In this document: positions 33,273 to 45,520 of the stretch, piece after piece | Layout of the letters: the number at the start of each line of letters is the position of its first letter | Numbering within the stretch: position 1 is the first letter of the stretch | Assembly (NCBI GenBank): GCA_963732795.1 | Contig: CAVTAV010000006.1 | Span: forward strand, 11,069 to 75,068 | Direction: 5' to 3' | DNA: 64,000 nucleotides | From: an uncultured Alphaproteobacteria bacterium | GTDB lineage: Bacteria > Pseudomonadota > Alphaproteobacteria > CAVTAV01 | The notes under the pieces: generated by a model | Seen by the model: only the letters and a program-made list of their open reading frames with translations | What the model was told of the DNA's origin: nothing | The model's database searches: none | Translations under genes and position numbers: made by a program

Positions 33273-33866
33273 ATGAGCGACTGGTCCAAGCGGTTCAGCG
33301 ACGCCCGGAAGGGCGGCTATCTCGAAGGTCAGCTCCTTTTGGCGACGCCGACCATTGGCGACGAGAGGTTCGCGCGCACCGTCATCTACCTCTGGGCTCA
33401 TGACCGCGAGCGCGCGCTTGGCCTCGTGATCAACCGCCGGCTGTCGTCGATCACCTTTCCTCAGCTCCTCGGTCAGCTCGACATCAAGGTCGACAAGCCG
33501 GTCAAAGATATCGTCGTGCATTCCGGCGGACCGGTCGAGGAAGGCCGCGGATTCGTGCTCCATTCGGCCGATTACGTGCAGGAATCGACCTTGATCATCT
33601 CGGAAACGGTCGCTTTGACCGCCACGGTGGACATTCTGCGCGCGATCGCGGTCGGCGAAGGCCCGGCACACAGCCTGCTCGCCATCGGCTGCGCCGGCTG
33701 GGGACCGGGCCAGCTGGAGCAGGAAATCCAGATGAACGGCTGGCTTCACACCGAAGCCGACGACGAGCTCATCTTCAATACCGAGCTGTCGCAGAAATGG
33801 TCCCGCGCCATGTCCAAGATCGGCGTGGACGTCTCGATGCTCTCGGGCGACGTCGGACACGCATAG
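33273..33866 (+). CDS. YqgE/AlgH family protein (UPF0301)
   Basis: 197-aa [65 protein letters not shown]. Confidence 0.85.
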   Translation: MSDWSKRFSDARKGGYLEGQLLLATPTIGDERFARTVIYLWAHDRERALGLVINRRLSSITFPQLLGQLDIKVDKPVKDIVVHSGGPVEEGRGFVLHSADYVQESTLIISETVALTATVDILRAIAVGEGPAHSLLAIGCAGWGPGQLEQEIQMNGWLHTEADDELIFNTELSQKWSRAMSKIGVDVSMLSGDVGHA

Positions 33867-33876
33867 CCGTTGGCCG

Positions 33877-34474
33877 CTATCTCAGCGGCGGATCGCTCTC
33901 CAGCCGGGCGAACAGCAGGTGGTCGCGCCAGCGGCCGTTGATCTTGAGATATTGCCGGGCATAGCCCTCCTGCCGGAAGCCGTTGTGCAGCAAGAGCAGC
34001 CGGCTCGGCTCATTGTCGGGAATGCAGGCCGCTTCCAGGCGATGGAGCCCGAGCGTGTCGAACACGAAGGGGATCACCGTCTTCAGGGAATCGCTCATAT
34101 AGCCGCGCTCGGCATAGGCCTTGCCGAGCCAATAGCCGACCGAGCAGGACTGGCTCACCCCGCGCGCGATCGCGAACAGCGTGAGGCTGCCGACCAGCGC
34201 CGAGATCATTGCTGCGCAGGATGAAAAAGGCATAGCCGACGCCGTCGCGCGCATCCTGCTGATATTGGCGTAGTCTTCGTTTGAAGGCGTTCTTGGTGAG
34301 CTCGTCGCTCGCCCAGGTCGGTTCCCACGGCGTCAGAAAATCGCGCGAGGTCTCGCTCAGCGCCGCCCATTCTTCGTAATCCTCAAGCATCGGCGGGCGC
34401 AGCGTGACACGCTGTCCCGTCAGTACCGTCGCATCCTCTTCGCGCGACGACCGTCCGACAAGCCCTATACCCAT
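33877..34474 (-). pseudogene. GNAT N-acetyltransferase (RimJ/RimL-like), one frameshift near 34215
   Basis: N-terminal half in ORF 34010..34510 (VTLRPPMLEDYEEWAAL...FLTPWEP). C-terminal half in ORF 33877..34254 (VGYWLGKAYAERGYMSDSL...LGLHRLEAACIPDNEPSRLLLLHNGFRQEGYARQYLKINGRWRDH). Confidence 0.8.
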
Positions 34475-34522
34475 GATATACTCAGCCCCCCTGCGATTAC
34501 GGCGGGGCACCCTCCAACAACG

Positions 34523-35789
34523 TCAACGCCGCCCGCCGAATCTCGCCACCAGTGTATCATAAGATTCGAGCCGACTTAATGGGCCAATCGCGGCCATGGA
34601 GGGTTTTACCGACGACATGACCTTTTCGGCCATCCGTCGAACCGCCGCAGCGTCCACCCGGTCGATCTTGGCGACGATTTCGTCGATCGGAATCGGCCGG
34701 CCGAAGATCAGGAGCTGGCGGGCGAGCTGCTCGACCCGCGAGGACAGACTTTCGAGCGACATCACAATCCCGGCCTTGTGCTGGGCGCGGACGCGGGCGA
34801 CTTCCTCCTCGCTCACGTCGGCCGATTTGGCGAGTCTCGTCGACGATGACCGGCACTATCTCGGCGGCTTCGCCTTCCCCGGTTCCGGCATAGACGCCGA
34901 ACATGCCGGTATCGACGTAAGACGCGGCGAATGCATAGATCGAATAGGCAAGGCCGCGGATCTCGCGGACCTCCTGGAACAGCCGGGACGACATGCCGCC
35001 GCCGAGAAGGGTGGCATAGACCTGGGCGGCATAGAAATCCGGGTCGTCATAGGTCACGCCGTCGAAGCCGAGCAGGAGATGGACCTGCTCCAGCTCACGC
35101 TCCGTCCGATGATCGCCGCCGACATAACGCGCGGGTTCATGGGTCGAGCCCCGCCCGTTCCTGAGCCCGGCGAATTTGCTCTCGGCCAAAGCCACCAGCA
35201 TGTCGTGATCGACCGCGCCCGAGGCGGCGAGGATCATGGTCGGCGCCCGGTAATTGGCGGCCATGTAGTCGGCCAGGTGGGCGCGCCCGAATCCCTTGAC
35301 CCGCTCCGGCGTGCCGAGAATGGTGCGCCCCAAGGCCTGGGAGGGATAGGCGACCTCCTGGAGGTTGTCGAAGATGATGTCGTCGGGGGTATCGAGGGCC
35401 TGGCCGATCTCCTGCAGGATGACCGCGCGCTCGCGTTCGAGCTCGGTTTCGTCGAAGACGGAGTTCTGCAGGATGTCGGAGAGGATATCGACGGCGAGCG
35501 GGACGTCCTCGGCGAGAATGCGGGCGACATAGGCGGTCTGCTCACGGGAGGTATAGGCGTTCAGATGGCCGCCCACGGCCTCGATTTCCTCGGCGATCTG
35601 CCGCGCCGAGCGCCGCGCCGTGCCCTTGAAGGCCATGTGCTCCAGCATGTGGGAGACGCCGTTGAGCTCGGCCGGCTCGTGGCGCGCGCCGACATCGACC
35701 CAGATGCCGATCGCGGCGCTCTTGGCCTGGGGCACGGGATCGGTGGCGATCGTCAAGCCGTTGGAAAACTTGGTAATTTGTACTGTCAT
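34523..35789 (-). pseudogene. M16-family zinc peptidase (mitochondrial-processing-peptidase-like), one frameshift near 34830
   Basis: ORF 34557..35789: GVSHMLEHMAFKGT (HxxEH), REQTAY, and so on. The C-terminal 97 aa lie in ORF 34523..34816. The ATG overlaps the thrC stop (ATGA at 35786..35789). Confidence 0.85.
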
Positions 35790-37201
35790 GCGGCTCTCGT
35801 TCGGGACTCAATATAGTGCTTCACGGTGCCGATTTCGTTAGCGAGCCTATCAAATCGTTCCGGCCGCTCCAAAAGATCGGCCAAATGCGCGGGCAAAGCC
35901 GGCCTGACGCCGGTCGCTCGCTCGACCGCATCGGGGAATTTCGCCGGATGTGCGGTGGCGAGATAGATCATCGGGGACCGAAGCCTCGGGCCGCTCGCGG
36001 CGGCCGGCGGCGATGCCGACGGCGGTGTGCGGATCGATCTCGACCCCGTGGACCGGTAGATGCCGGCCATGGTCTCCAGGGTCTCGTCCTCGCTTGCCGA
36101 GGCCGCCCGGAACAGGCCGAGATCGCGCCGCGAGGCGGCCGCGGTCGATTTCGAAGACGCCGGAGCGCGCGAGGTCGCTCATCAGCCCCGCAATCGCCTT
36201 GCCGTCGCGGTCGTAGAGATCGAACAGCAGCCGTTCGAAATTGCTCGAGACCTGGATGTCCATGCTCGGGCTCATGGTCGGCGTGACCCCGGCGACCTCG
36301 TAACGCCCGGAATGGAGGCTGCGGACCAGGATATCGTTGACATTGGTCGCGATCACCAGCCGCTCGACCGGCAACCCCATCTTCGCGCGCCACATAGCCC
36401 GCATAGATGTCGCCGAAATTGCCGGTCGGCACCGAGAAGGCGACCTTGCGGCCCGGCCCGCCGAGCGAGACGGCCGCGGTGAAGTAATAGACCGTCTGGG
36501 CCGCCACCCGGGCCCAATTGATCGAATTCACCGCCGATAGATGCAGCCGGTCGCGGAGCTCATGGTCCCCGAACAGGCTCTTCACCATGGCCTGGCAGTC
36601 GTCGAAGGTACCGTCGAGCGCGATATTGTGGACGTTCGACGCCTGAACCGTCGTCATCTGGCGGCGCTGGACTTCCGACACCCGGCCGACGGGGTGAAGC
36701 ATGAAGATATCGACATTGTCGCGGTCGCGGCAGGCCTCGATCGCGGCCGAACCGGTATCGCCCGAGGTCGCGCCGACCACGGTGATGCCGCTCGCCACGC
36801 TTCTTGAGCACGAGATCGAACAACCGGCCGACCAATTGAAGCGCCAGGTCCTTAAAGGCCAGCGTGGGGCCGTGATAAAGCTCCAGAATCCATTCGTTCG
36901 CGCCGATCTGGTTCAGGGGCGCCACCGCGGGGTGATCGAAACCTGCATAGGCGTCGCGGGTCAGGGCAGCGAGTTCGTCCTCGCTGACGTCTCCGGCCAC
37001 GAACGGCATCAGAATGCGGGTTGCGGCCTCCCAGTACTCCAGGCCCGCAAGCGCCGCGATATCGGCCGGCGGTCATCGGACGGCCAGGTCTGCGGGCACA
37101 TAGAGCCCGCCGTCGCGCGCGAGACCGGTCAGGAGCACGTCGTCGAAACCGAGCGCCGGGGCCGCGCCGCGCGTGCTGATATAGGTGGGGCGATTGGTCA
37201 C
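35786..37201 (-). pseudogene. thrC: threonine synthase, frame interrupted as assembled (at least 5 indels)
   Basis: GTG start at 37201 (VTNRPTYISTRGAAPALGFDDV). ELYHGPTLAFKDLALQLVG (ORF 36560..37009). GATSGDTGSAAIEA...SVPTGNFGDIYAGY (35968..36798). VIATNVNDIL...SPSMDIQVSSNFERLLF (35850..36404). LATAHPAKFPDAV (35786..36070). Confidence 0.87.
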
Positions 37202-37274
37202 GCCCGAAACTCCCAACAAAGTTGCATGGCCGGAAAGCGGGCTACCCTAGCCGCGGCCCCGGCATTAGGCAAGA

Positions 37275-38018
37275 TCAGGCGGTCTCGGCCGATTTGGCCG
37301 CTTTGAGCGCCCGGCGGGCATAGATCCCGAACATGATGAGGAGGGTATAGGCCAGCCCGAACCATGTGATCGCATATTCCAGGTGATTGTTCGGAATATC
37401 GATTCTGGTTTGGCCGCCCAAGGGATAGCCGCCCGGCAGAGGGGCCTTGTCCCGATCGACCATAACGGGAGCGACATCCTCCCCGACCGCTTTGCCCATG
37501 GCGTCGAAATCCCGCGAGAACCAGCGGTTCTTAGCGGGCTCGTTGGCCGGGGTGAAGGGCCCCGCCCCTCCGGTGATGCGGCCGATTCCCTCGATCTCCA
37601 CCCTGCCCTCGCGTGTGCTTTCGGTCCGGGTCGAAGGATCCCTGCGGTCTTCCGGAACCCAGCCGCGATTGACCAGGACGGGCGGGCCTTGATCGCGCAC
37701 CAGCGGCGTGATCACCAGATAGCCGGCGTTGCCGTTCGGCCCCGGCGCGTAGAGATAGAGCTCCTTGTCGTTCTGATAGTGGCCGGCGACCCGGACCCGG
37801 CGATATTCCCACGACGCGGGATCGGCGATCTCGGCCGGAAGATCCGTCGCCGGGGCGTGCATCTGGGAATCGATATGGGCGAGCAGGCCTTCCTTCCAAT
37901 GAAGGCGATGGACCTGCCAGATGCCGAGGCCGACGAACAGCGCCAACGCCGGCACCGAGAAGACGGTCGGCCAAAGAAGGACGCGCCAGCCGCGCTTGGC
38001 GGCCCGATCAGGAGACAT
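37275..38018 (-). CDS. SURF1-family cytochrome oxidase assembly protein
   Basis: ORF 37275..38093, start taken at MSPDRAAK (38018). GIWQVHRLHWKEGL, YLVITPL, VLVNRGWVP, NNHLEYAITWFGLA. Confidence 0.85.
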   Translation of the reverse strand: MSPDRAAKRGWRVLLWPTVFSVPALALFVGLGIWQVHRLHWKEGLLAHIDSQMHAPATDLPAEIADPASWEYRRVRVAGHYQNDKELYLYAPGPNGNAGYLVITPLVRDQGPPVLVNRGWVPEDRRDPSTRTESTREGRVEIEGIGRITGGAGPFTPANEPAKNRWFSRDFDAMGKAVGEDVAPVMVDRDKAPLPGGYPLGGQTRIDIPNNHLEYAITWFGLAYTLLIMFGIYARRALKAAKSAETA

Positions 38019-38385
38019 CAAGCTCGCCGGACCGCGCCTCGTATTTGTATTGAAGCGCCACCAGCGCCGCCTTGAACGGCCGCAAAAGGCCAATGCCGAC
38101 GATCACCACGAAGGGAATCCAGATCACCATATGGACCCAGAGGGGCGGGGAGAACGTGAATTCGAGCCACAAGGCCCCGGCGCCCATCAGGATGCAGACG
38201 GCGAAAATGACGAAGACCGCCGGCCCGTCGCCGGTATCGACCTTGGTGAGATCAAGCCCGCAAACCTCGCAGGCCGGCTTCACGTCCAGGAACCCCTTGA
38301 ACAGATGGCCCTCGCCGCAACGCGGGCAGCGGGCGCGGAGAGACGTCTTCCAGACCGGCTGGACCGGATACTCCGCGCCTGTCAC
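38008..38385 (-). CDS. DUF983 domain membrane protein
   Basis: ORF 38008..38457. A start at the GTG at 38385 avoids overlap with ctaE. Zinc-ribbon-like RCPRCGEGHLFKGFLDVKPACEVCGLD followed by two hydrophobic helices. Confidence 0.7.
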   Translation of the reverse strand: MTGAEYPVQPVWKTSLRARCPRCGEGHLFKGFLDVKPACEVCGLDLTKVDTGDGPAVFVIFAVCILMGAGALWLEFTFSPPLWVHMVIWIPFVVIVGIGLLRPFKAALVALQYKYEARSGELDVS

Positions 38386-38389
38386 CGCG

Positions 38390-39205
38390 TTATCCGGCGG
38401 CGTGCGGGACCTCGAAGATCCCGATATAGATGCAGAAGAACAGGAACACCCACACAACGTCGACGAAGTGCCAGTACCACGCGGCCGCCTCGAAGCCGAA
38501 ATGGTGGTCCGGCTTGAAATGGCCCGCCATGGAACGCAACAGGCAGACGATCAGGAAGATGGTCCCGATGATCACATGGGCGCCGTGGAAGCCGGTCGCC
38601 ATGTAGAAGGTCGAGCTGTAGATGCCGTCCTTAAAGTGGAAGGCGGCATGGGCATATTCATAGGCCTGGATCGAGGTGAAGGAGAGGCCCAGAAGGACCG
38701 TCAGCACCAGGCCCTGGATAAGGCCCTGGCGATCGCCCTCCTGCAGCGCATGGTGCGCCCAGGTCACCGTGGTGCCGGAGAGCAGCAGGATCAGCGTGTT
38801 GACGAAAGGCAGGTGCCACGGATCCAGCGCCTCGACGCCCTTCGGCGGCCAGACGCCGCCGATCGCGGCCGTCGGCTCCAGCGAAGCATTGAAGAAGGCC
38901 CAGAACCAGGCGACGAAGAACATCACTTCCGAGGCGATGAACAGCGCCATGCCGTAACGCAGGCCGAGCTGCACGACCGGCGTATGGTCGCCCTTGTACT
39001 CACCCTCGCGGATCACGTCGCGCCACCAGGAGAAGAAGGTGTAGGCGAGCATCAGGCCGCCGATGATCAGCACCCAGGGGCCGCCGTTATGGAACCAGAT
39101 CACCGCGCCGCCCGTGGTGGTGAGCGCGCTCAGCGAGCCGACGATCGGCCACGGGCTCGGATCGACAAGATGGTAATCGTGACTCTTCGTGTGTGCCTCA
39201 GCCAT
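38390..39205 (-). CDS. ctaE: cytochrome c oxidase subunit III
   Basis: 271-aa [40 protein letters not shown]. Confidence 0.93.
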   Translation of the reverse strand: MAEAHTKSHDYHLVDPSPWPIVGSLSALTTTGGAVIWFHNGGPWVLIIGGLMLAYTFFSWWRDVIREGEYKGDHTPVVQLGLRYGMALFIASEVMFFVAWFWAFFNASLEPTAAIGGVWPPKGVEALDPWHLPFVNTLILLLSGTTVTWAHHALQEGDRQGLIQGLVLTVLLGLSFTSIQAYEYAHAAFHFKDGIYSSTFYMATGFHGAHVIIGTIFLIVCLLRSMAGHFKPDHHFGFEAAAWYWHFVDVVWVFLFFCIYIGIFEVPHAAG

Positions 39206-39247
39206 AACGTCTCGTCTCCCGATGGTCGAACGATCTAATCCCTGCCG

Positions 39248-39370
39248 TCAGCTCTGAGAGCCCATCTTGGCGATGGTGATGAAGAAGAACAGCACCACCA
39301 GGCCGATGAGAATCAGGGCGACGACGATATTGCGCCAGCGCATCTGCTTGTGGCGATCGTGAAGCGGCAT
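39248..39370 (-). CDS. small membrane protein of the cox cluster (CoxF-like, 40 aa)
   Basis: MPLHDRHKQMRWRNIVVALILIGLVVLFFFITIAKMGSQS. Lies directly after the ctaB stop, the position where alphaproteobacterial cox clusters carry a small hydrophobic ORF. Confidence 0.5.
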   Translation of the reverse strand: MPLHDRHKQMRWRNIVVALILIGLVVLFFFITIAKMGSQS

Positions 39371-39372
39371 AT

Positions 39373-40310
39373 TCAGAGAACCGATGCGAGAACATGATCG
39401 CCCAGGAGCGCCAGGAAAATGAGGAACAGGAACAGGATCGAAAATCCGAACAGGCGTCGCGCCTCGCGATAGGAGCCGTCCTCGCGGTCGCGCGCACGCC
39501 AGACCCCGTAGGCAAGCGCCACCAGCACGAGACCGAGCACACCGGCGACGATGCCGTATAAGGGGCCGGTCATGCCGAGCGCATAGGGCGCGACGACGAG
39601 CGGCGCCAGAATCAGGCTGTAGAGCAGGATATGCTTGCGGGTCTCGCGCTCGCCGGCGACGACGGGGAGCATCGGAATGCCCGCCTTGACGTAATCCTCG
39701 CGCTGGAACAGCGAGAGGGCCCAGAAATGCGGCGGCGTCCACATGAAGATGATCGCAAACAGGAGCACCGGCTCGAGGCTCAGGCCTCCGGTCACCGCGG
39801 CCCAACCGATCATCGGCGGAAACGCGCCGGCCGCCCCGCCGATCACGATGTTCTGCGGCGTCCGGCGCTTGAGCCAGACGGTGTAGAACAGGACGTAATA
39901 GAGGATCGTGCCCGCCAGCAGCACCGCCGGCACCACGCCGACCGCAAGTGCCATCACCGACACCGACCCGAAGGCGAGAGTCGACGCCGAAGCCGAGCGC
40001 CTCGCCGCGTTCGATCCGGCCCGTCGGGAATGGGGCGATTGCGGGTGCGGCTCATCTCGGCGTCGATATCGGCATCGAACCACATATTGAGCGCGCCCGA
40101 CGCGCCTGCGCCGATCGCGATACAGAGGATCGCCGTGAAGCCGAGAACGGGATGCAGGCTGCCCGGCGCGATCAGCATGCCGACAAGCGCCGTGAACACT
40201 ACGAGCGACATCACCCGCGGCTTCAGCAGCGCGAAATAGTCGCGTACCGAGGCGACCTGCCCGATCCGGGCTTCCGCCTCAGCCGCGCCGATGACCGTTA
40301 TATCGGACAA
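39373..40310 (-). pseudogene. ctaB: protoheme IX farnesyltransferase (heme O synthase), two indels near 40020 and 39985
   Basis: N-terminus in ORF 39954..40310 ([20 protein letters not shown]...[21 protein letters not shown]). Body in ORF 39373..40083 (YTVWLKRRTPQNIVIGGAAGAFPPMIGWAAV...FMWTPPHFWAL). Confidence 0.88.
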
Positions 40311-40359
40311 AACCCGTCCTTATTCCCTTAAACCCAGCCTTTACACACACTCAACGCAG

Positions 40360-42003
<1,644 letters not shown>

Positions 42004-42012
42004 CTAAATCAC

Positions 42013-42894
42013 TTAGCGCGCCGAAGCGGGCGCGGCCTCGGCAACCTGCACCGGGGCCTTGGCGGCCGGCGCGGGCGAGGGCGTGGTGTTCTCGGAATAT
42101 TTCTGCTTGGCGTCCGCCACCCATTTGTCGAAATCGGCCTGCGAGACGGCATCGACGACAATGGGCATATAGGCGTGATCCTTGCCGCAAAGCTCGGAGC
42201 ACTGGCCGTAATAGGTGCCGATCTCGTCGGCCTCGAACCAGGTCTCGTTGGTGCGGCCGGGCACCGCGTCCATTTTCACGCCGAAGGCCGGGATCGCCCA
42301 GGAATGGATGACGTCGTTCGAGGTCGTCAGAAGCCGGATCTTCTTGTTAACCGGCACGACCACGTGATTGTCCACCGCCAGAAGCCGGTGCTCGCCGGGC
42401 TTCAGATTTTCTTCCCTGGTCAGCACCGAATCGAAGGTGAAATCGCCGTCGTCGGGATATTCATAGGTCCAGAACCATTGATTGCCGATGGCCTTCACGG
42501 TCATGTACGGATCGGGCGTCTTGTCCTGGTAATAGAGAAGCTTCAGAGACGGCACCGCGATGATGATCAGGATGATCGCCGGAACCACCGTCCAGATGAT
42601 CTCGATCATGGTGTTGTGGGTCGTCTTGGAGGGGGTCGGATTGGCCCTGGCGTTGAACCGGATGAAGCAATAGAGCATCAGTCCGAGCACAAGAACCACG
42701 ATGCCGGTCGCGACCGACATGAGAATGTAATTGTGGAAATACTCCAACCTCACCATCACCGGGCTGGAAGCTTTCTGGAAGCCCATCTCCCACGGCTTGG
42801 CGTAGCCGATATCCTCGGCCAGGGCGCCGGTGGCTGTGGCAAGAAGCGTCACACCCGCCGCCGAAGCGCCCAAGATGCCATCTTTCAATCTCAT
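42013..42894 (-). CDS. ctaC: cytochrome c oxidase subunit II
   Basis: 293-aa ORF. Signal peptide, two TM helices, CuA site HSWAIPAFGVKMDAVPGRTNE...GQCSELCGKDHAYMP. Confidence 0.93.
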   Translation of the reverse strand: MRLKDGILGASAAGVTLLATATGALAEDIGYAKPWEMGFQKASSPVMVRLEYFHNYILMSVATGIVVLVLGLMLYCFIRFNARANPTPSKTTHNTMIEIIWTVVPAIILIIIAVPSLKLLYYQDKTPDPYMTVKAIGNQWFWTYEYPDDGDFTFDSVLTREENLKPGEHRLLAVDNHVVVPVNKKIRLLTTSNDVIHSWAIPAFGVKMDAVPGRTNETWFEADEIGTYYGQCSELCGKDHAYMPIVVDAVSQADFDKWVADAKQKYSENTTPSPAPAAKAPVQVAEAAPASAR

Positions 42895-43103
42895 TATGTC
42901 GACCAGCCCCTCTGGAAAATTCGATTGATCACAGGGCCCCGCGCGGGACGCGGGCGGACCCTACACCAGCCCTTACCGCAGGGCAATATAGACCGCGCCG
43001 CGCCGCCCGAACGACCATGCAGAAAACCGCGCGACACTATGTCGCATCTTATTGGTATGGCTACGTTATCGGCGCAGCGGCCGGGGCTTGTGATCGGCGG
43101 AGA

Positions 43104-43565
43104 ATGATCGAGCAATCGGTTCCCGAAGCCCTGATCGACGCCCTCGGACGATGCGGCCTCGCAGGGAGCCTGATCGGTAAGGCCGATACGGCCCGATTGA
43201 GAGTCGAATCTGGGGCCTATCTCTTGCTCCTCCGCCTGCCCCGCCCGGTCGCAATTCGAGGCCGTCCGTCCTGGCCGGAGAGCTTAACGACGGGCTGGTA
43301 TCTCTATGCCGGCAACGCCCACGGGCCCGGTGGTCTGAGAGGGCGCCTTTCGCGCCATTTCCGCGCCCCCAAGACTGCGCATTGGCACATCGACCGGCTC
43401 ACGGCCGAGGCCGAGCTGCACGCGATCGTCTATCCGGGCCGCAACGAGTGCGATCTGGTCGCGGCTTTGGGAACTCTATCGGGGATCACGATCCCGGCGC
43501 CCGGCTTCGGCAGCTCCGATTGCCGGACCTGCCGCAGCCACCTCCTGGCCTGGCGAGCTCGATAG
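43104..43565 (+). CDS. DUF123 domain protein (GIY-YIG/Uri nuclease superfamily)
   Basis: ORF 43017..43565, start taken at MIEQ (43104). GAYLLLLRL, GWYLYAGNAHGPGGLRGRLSRHFRAPKTAHWHIDRL, GFGSSDCRTCRSHL. Confidence 0.7.
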   Translation: MIEQSVPEALIDALGRCGLAGSLIGKADTARLRVESGAYLLLLRLPRPVAIRGRPSWPESLTTGWYLYAGNAHGPGGLRGRLSRHFRAPKTAHWHIDRLTAEAELHAIVYPGRNECDLVAALGTLSGITIPAPGFGSSDCRTCRSHLLAWRAR

Positions 43566-43575
43566 CAATTTTGGC

Positions 43576-43694
43576 GTCATCCCGGCCTTGAGCCGGGACC
43601 CAGGTCGAACGCTCGGGCCTATGACGATGGATCCCGGATAGCGCGGTTTGCCAACGGCATCGAAGATGCCGGACAAACCGGCTTCCGGGATGAC
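43576..43694 (-). repeat. MITE-like repeat, family B (copy 1, 119 nt)
   Basis: Terminal inverted repeats GTCATCCCGG...CCGGGATGAC. The reverse complement aligns with 57110..57273 (shared core GCCGGTTTGTCCG...GTTGGCAAACCG.GCTATCCGGGA.CC...CGACCTGG.TCCCGG). Confidence 0.75.
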
Positions 43695-43711
43695 AGTTCT
43701 AAGAGCTGAGC

Positions 43712-44666
43712 TTAGTCGTCCCAGCCCGGATCCATGCCGTAGGGCACGCCGTTCACGACCGCTTCGACCGCGCCGATCATGCCGTCGTGGATCTTGAACA
43801 TCTCGAAGATTTCCCAGGTCCAGGGTGAGGTCTTCTGGACATGGACTTCCTGGCCGTTGGTGAGTTTGTAGGACCTGAGCGCCGCATCGTGATCGAAGAA
43901 CACGCCGGCGAACACGACCCCGCGTTCCCTGTCGACGATCAGCCAGCGCCGGTCGCGGAGCCGCGAAATCCTCGCGGTAATAGCCGAGCCCGAAGGCCTT
44001 GGCGCAGGTCATCGAGGCCGGGCCGACAGTGCCCGAGGACGATTTGAACGACTGGTTGTTGGTCGTTTGGGTGCCGTTCTCCAAGCGGTTGCAGTCGTCG
44101 GCGAACGGCGGATGGATGCTGCCGTCGTTTTTCTGCAGCGCCGAGAAATAGGTATTCGCGATCCTGACCAGCTCGTCGCGGGAGCGGCGGGTATCGGCCG
44201 GCTCGATGCGGGCGAAGTCCGGCCGCGGGGTCACTAGGTTGTCGGGATTGGCGAAGCCCCCCGGCTCCTTGCGGATAACGATGTTCTCCATCTCGGTGAT
44301 CTTGCCGTCCGCGACCTTGAGCCGGAAACCGAGGATCGACGGTACGCCGTTCTCCTCGACCACGGCGAAACCGCCGACGCCGCCGCGCTCCGGCTCGGCG
44401 ACGAGATTGCGATAGGGCCTGACCTTAGTCGCGATCCGCCAGATGCCGTCGGGCAGGTCGAGCTTCTGGCCGTTCTCGGTGTATTTCGCGCCCGCGGCGA
44501 TCGGCGCCTTGGACGGGTCATGGGCCACCATGGCCGCGAGATACTGCTCGACGAAGCCGAACAGGCATTGCCGGTCGCAGGTCTCCGCCGCTCCGGCCGC
44601 GCCGCGCGGCAATGTGGTCAGGATCAATACGCCGACAATGCTGAGAATGACGTGCTTCGCGTTCAT
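43712..44666 (-). pseudogene. secreted hypothetical protein, one frameshift near 43950
   Basis: ORF 43476..44666 N-terminal part: signal peptide MNAKHVILSIVGVLILTTLPRGAAGAAE, then CDRQCLFGFVEQYLAAMVAHDP...KVADGKITEMENIV. C-terminus in ORF 43712..43915 (VFFDHDAALRSY...GVPYGMDPGWDD). Family not recognised by name. Confidence 0.6.
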
Positions 44667-44740
44667 GGCGTCCCCCTCCGGCCATAGAGTGCGTTGCCAT
44701 GACTATTCGGAAGCCGTGTGGCAAAGTCAATTAAAGGCGG

Positions 44741-45503
44741 TCACAGCCGCAATCCGCCGTCGATTTCCAGGATCCGCCCGTCATAGAACTCGTTGCGGAG
44801 AATAAACAGCGTCGCATCGCCGATTTCCTCCGGCGTGCCGAGGCGCTGGAGGGGAACGCCGGAGACGATCTTGTCGCGGATCGGCTGCGGGATGTTCGAT
44901 ACCATGCGCGTGTCGGAGAAGCCCGGTGCGATGGCGGCAACCCGGATTTTGTGGCGCGCCAGCTCCTTGGCCCAGGTCACGGTCATGGCCGCGACGCCGG
45001 CCTTGGCGGCGGAGTAATTCGTCTGGCCGACATTACCGGCCCGCGAGATGCTGGAGATGTTGACGATCACGCCGCCCTCGCCGCCTTCGATCATGTGAAT
45101 CGCAGCTTCTCGCGCGCAGAGGAAGACGCCGACGAGATCGACATCGATCACCGTGCGAAAATCCGCCGCCGACATCTTCTTCACGATCTTGCCGTCCTTC
45201 ACTTTGACCAGCAGCCCGTCCTTGTTGGTGCCGGCATTGTTGATGAGGGCGTCGACGCGCCCGAAATCCTCGCGCACCGATTTGAAAAGCTTTTCGACGC
45301 CCAACTCGTCGGTCACGTCGGCCGCATAATCCCTCGCTTCGCAGCCGCCGTCCGCGCAGAGCTTCTTCGCTTCCTTGAGCTTCTTCTCGTCGAGATCGAC
45401 GAGCGCGAGATTGGCGCCCTCGCCCGCGGCCATCTCCGCGATCTTCCGGCCCAAGCCTTGAGCCGCACCGGTGACGACAACGGTTTTGCCTTTGAGAATC
45501 CAT
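44741..45503 (-). pseudogene. short-chain dehydrogenase/reductase (FabG-like), 1-nt indel right after the start codon
   Basis: Body in ORF 44741..45454 (NNAGT, SSISRAGNVGQTNYSAAKAG). The Rossmann motif ILKGKTVVVTGAAQGLG is in the same frame, but the AGGAGA-N5-ATG at 45503 is one nt out of frame (ATG G ATT CTC AAA GGC). Confidence 0.82.
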
Positions 45504-45520
45504 CTTGTTCTCCTGTGCGG

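Noticed and set aside
43476-43711. The C-terminal extension of ORF 43476..44666 (...VIPEAGLSGIFDAVGKPRYPGSIVIGPSVRPGSRLKAGMT...).
   Set aside because: This is a translation of the family-B MITE-like repeat after a frameshift. The real C-terminus is in ORF 43712..43915.
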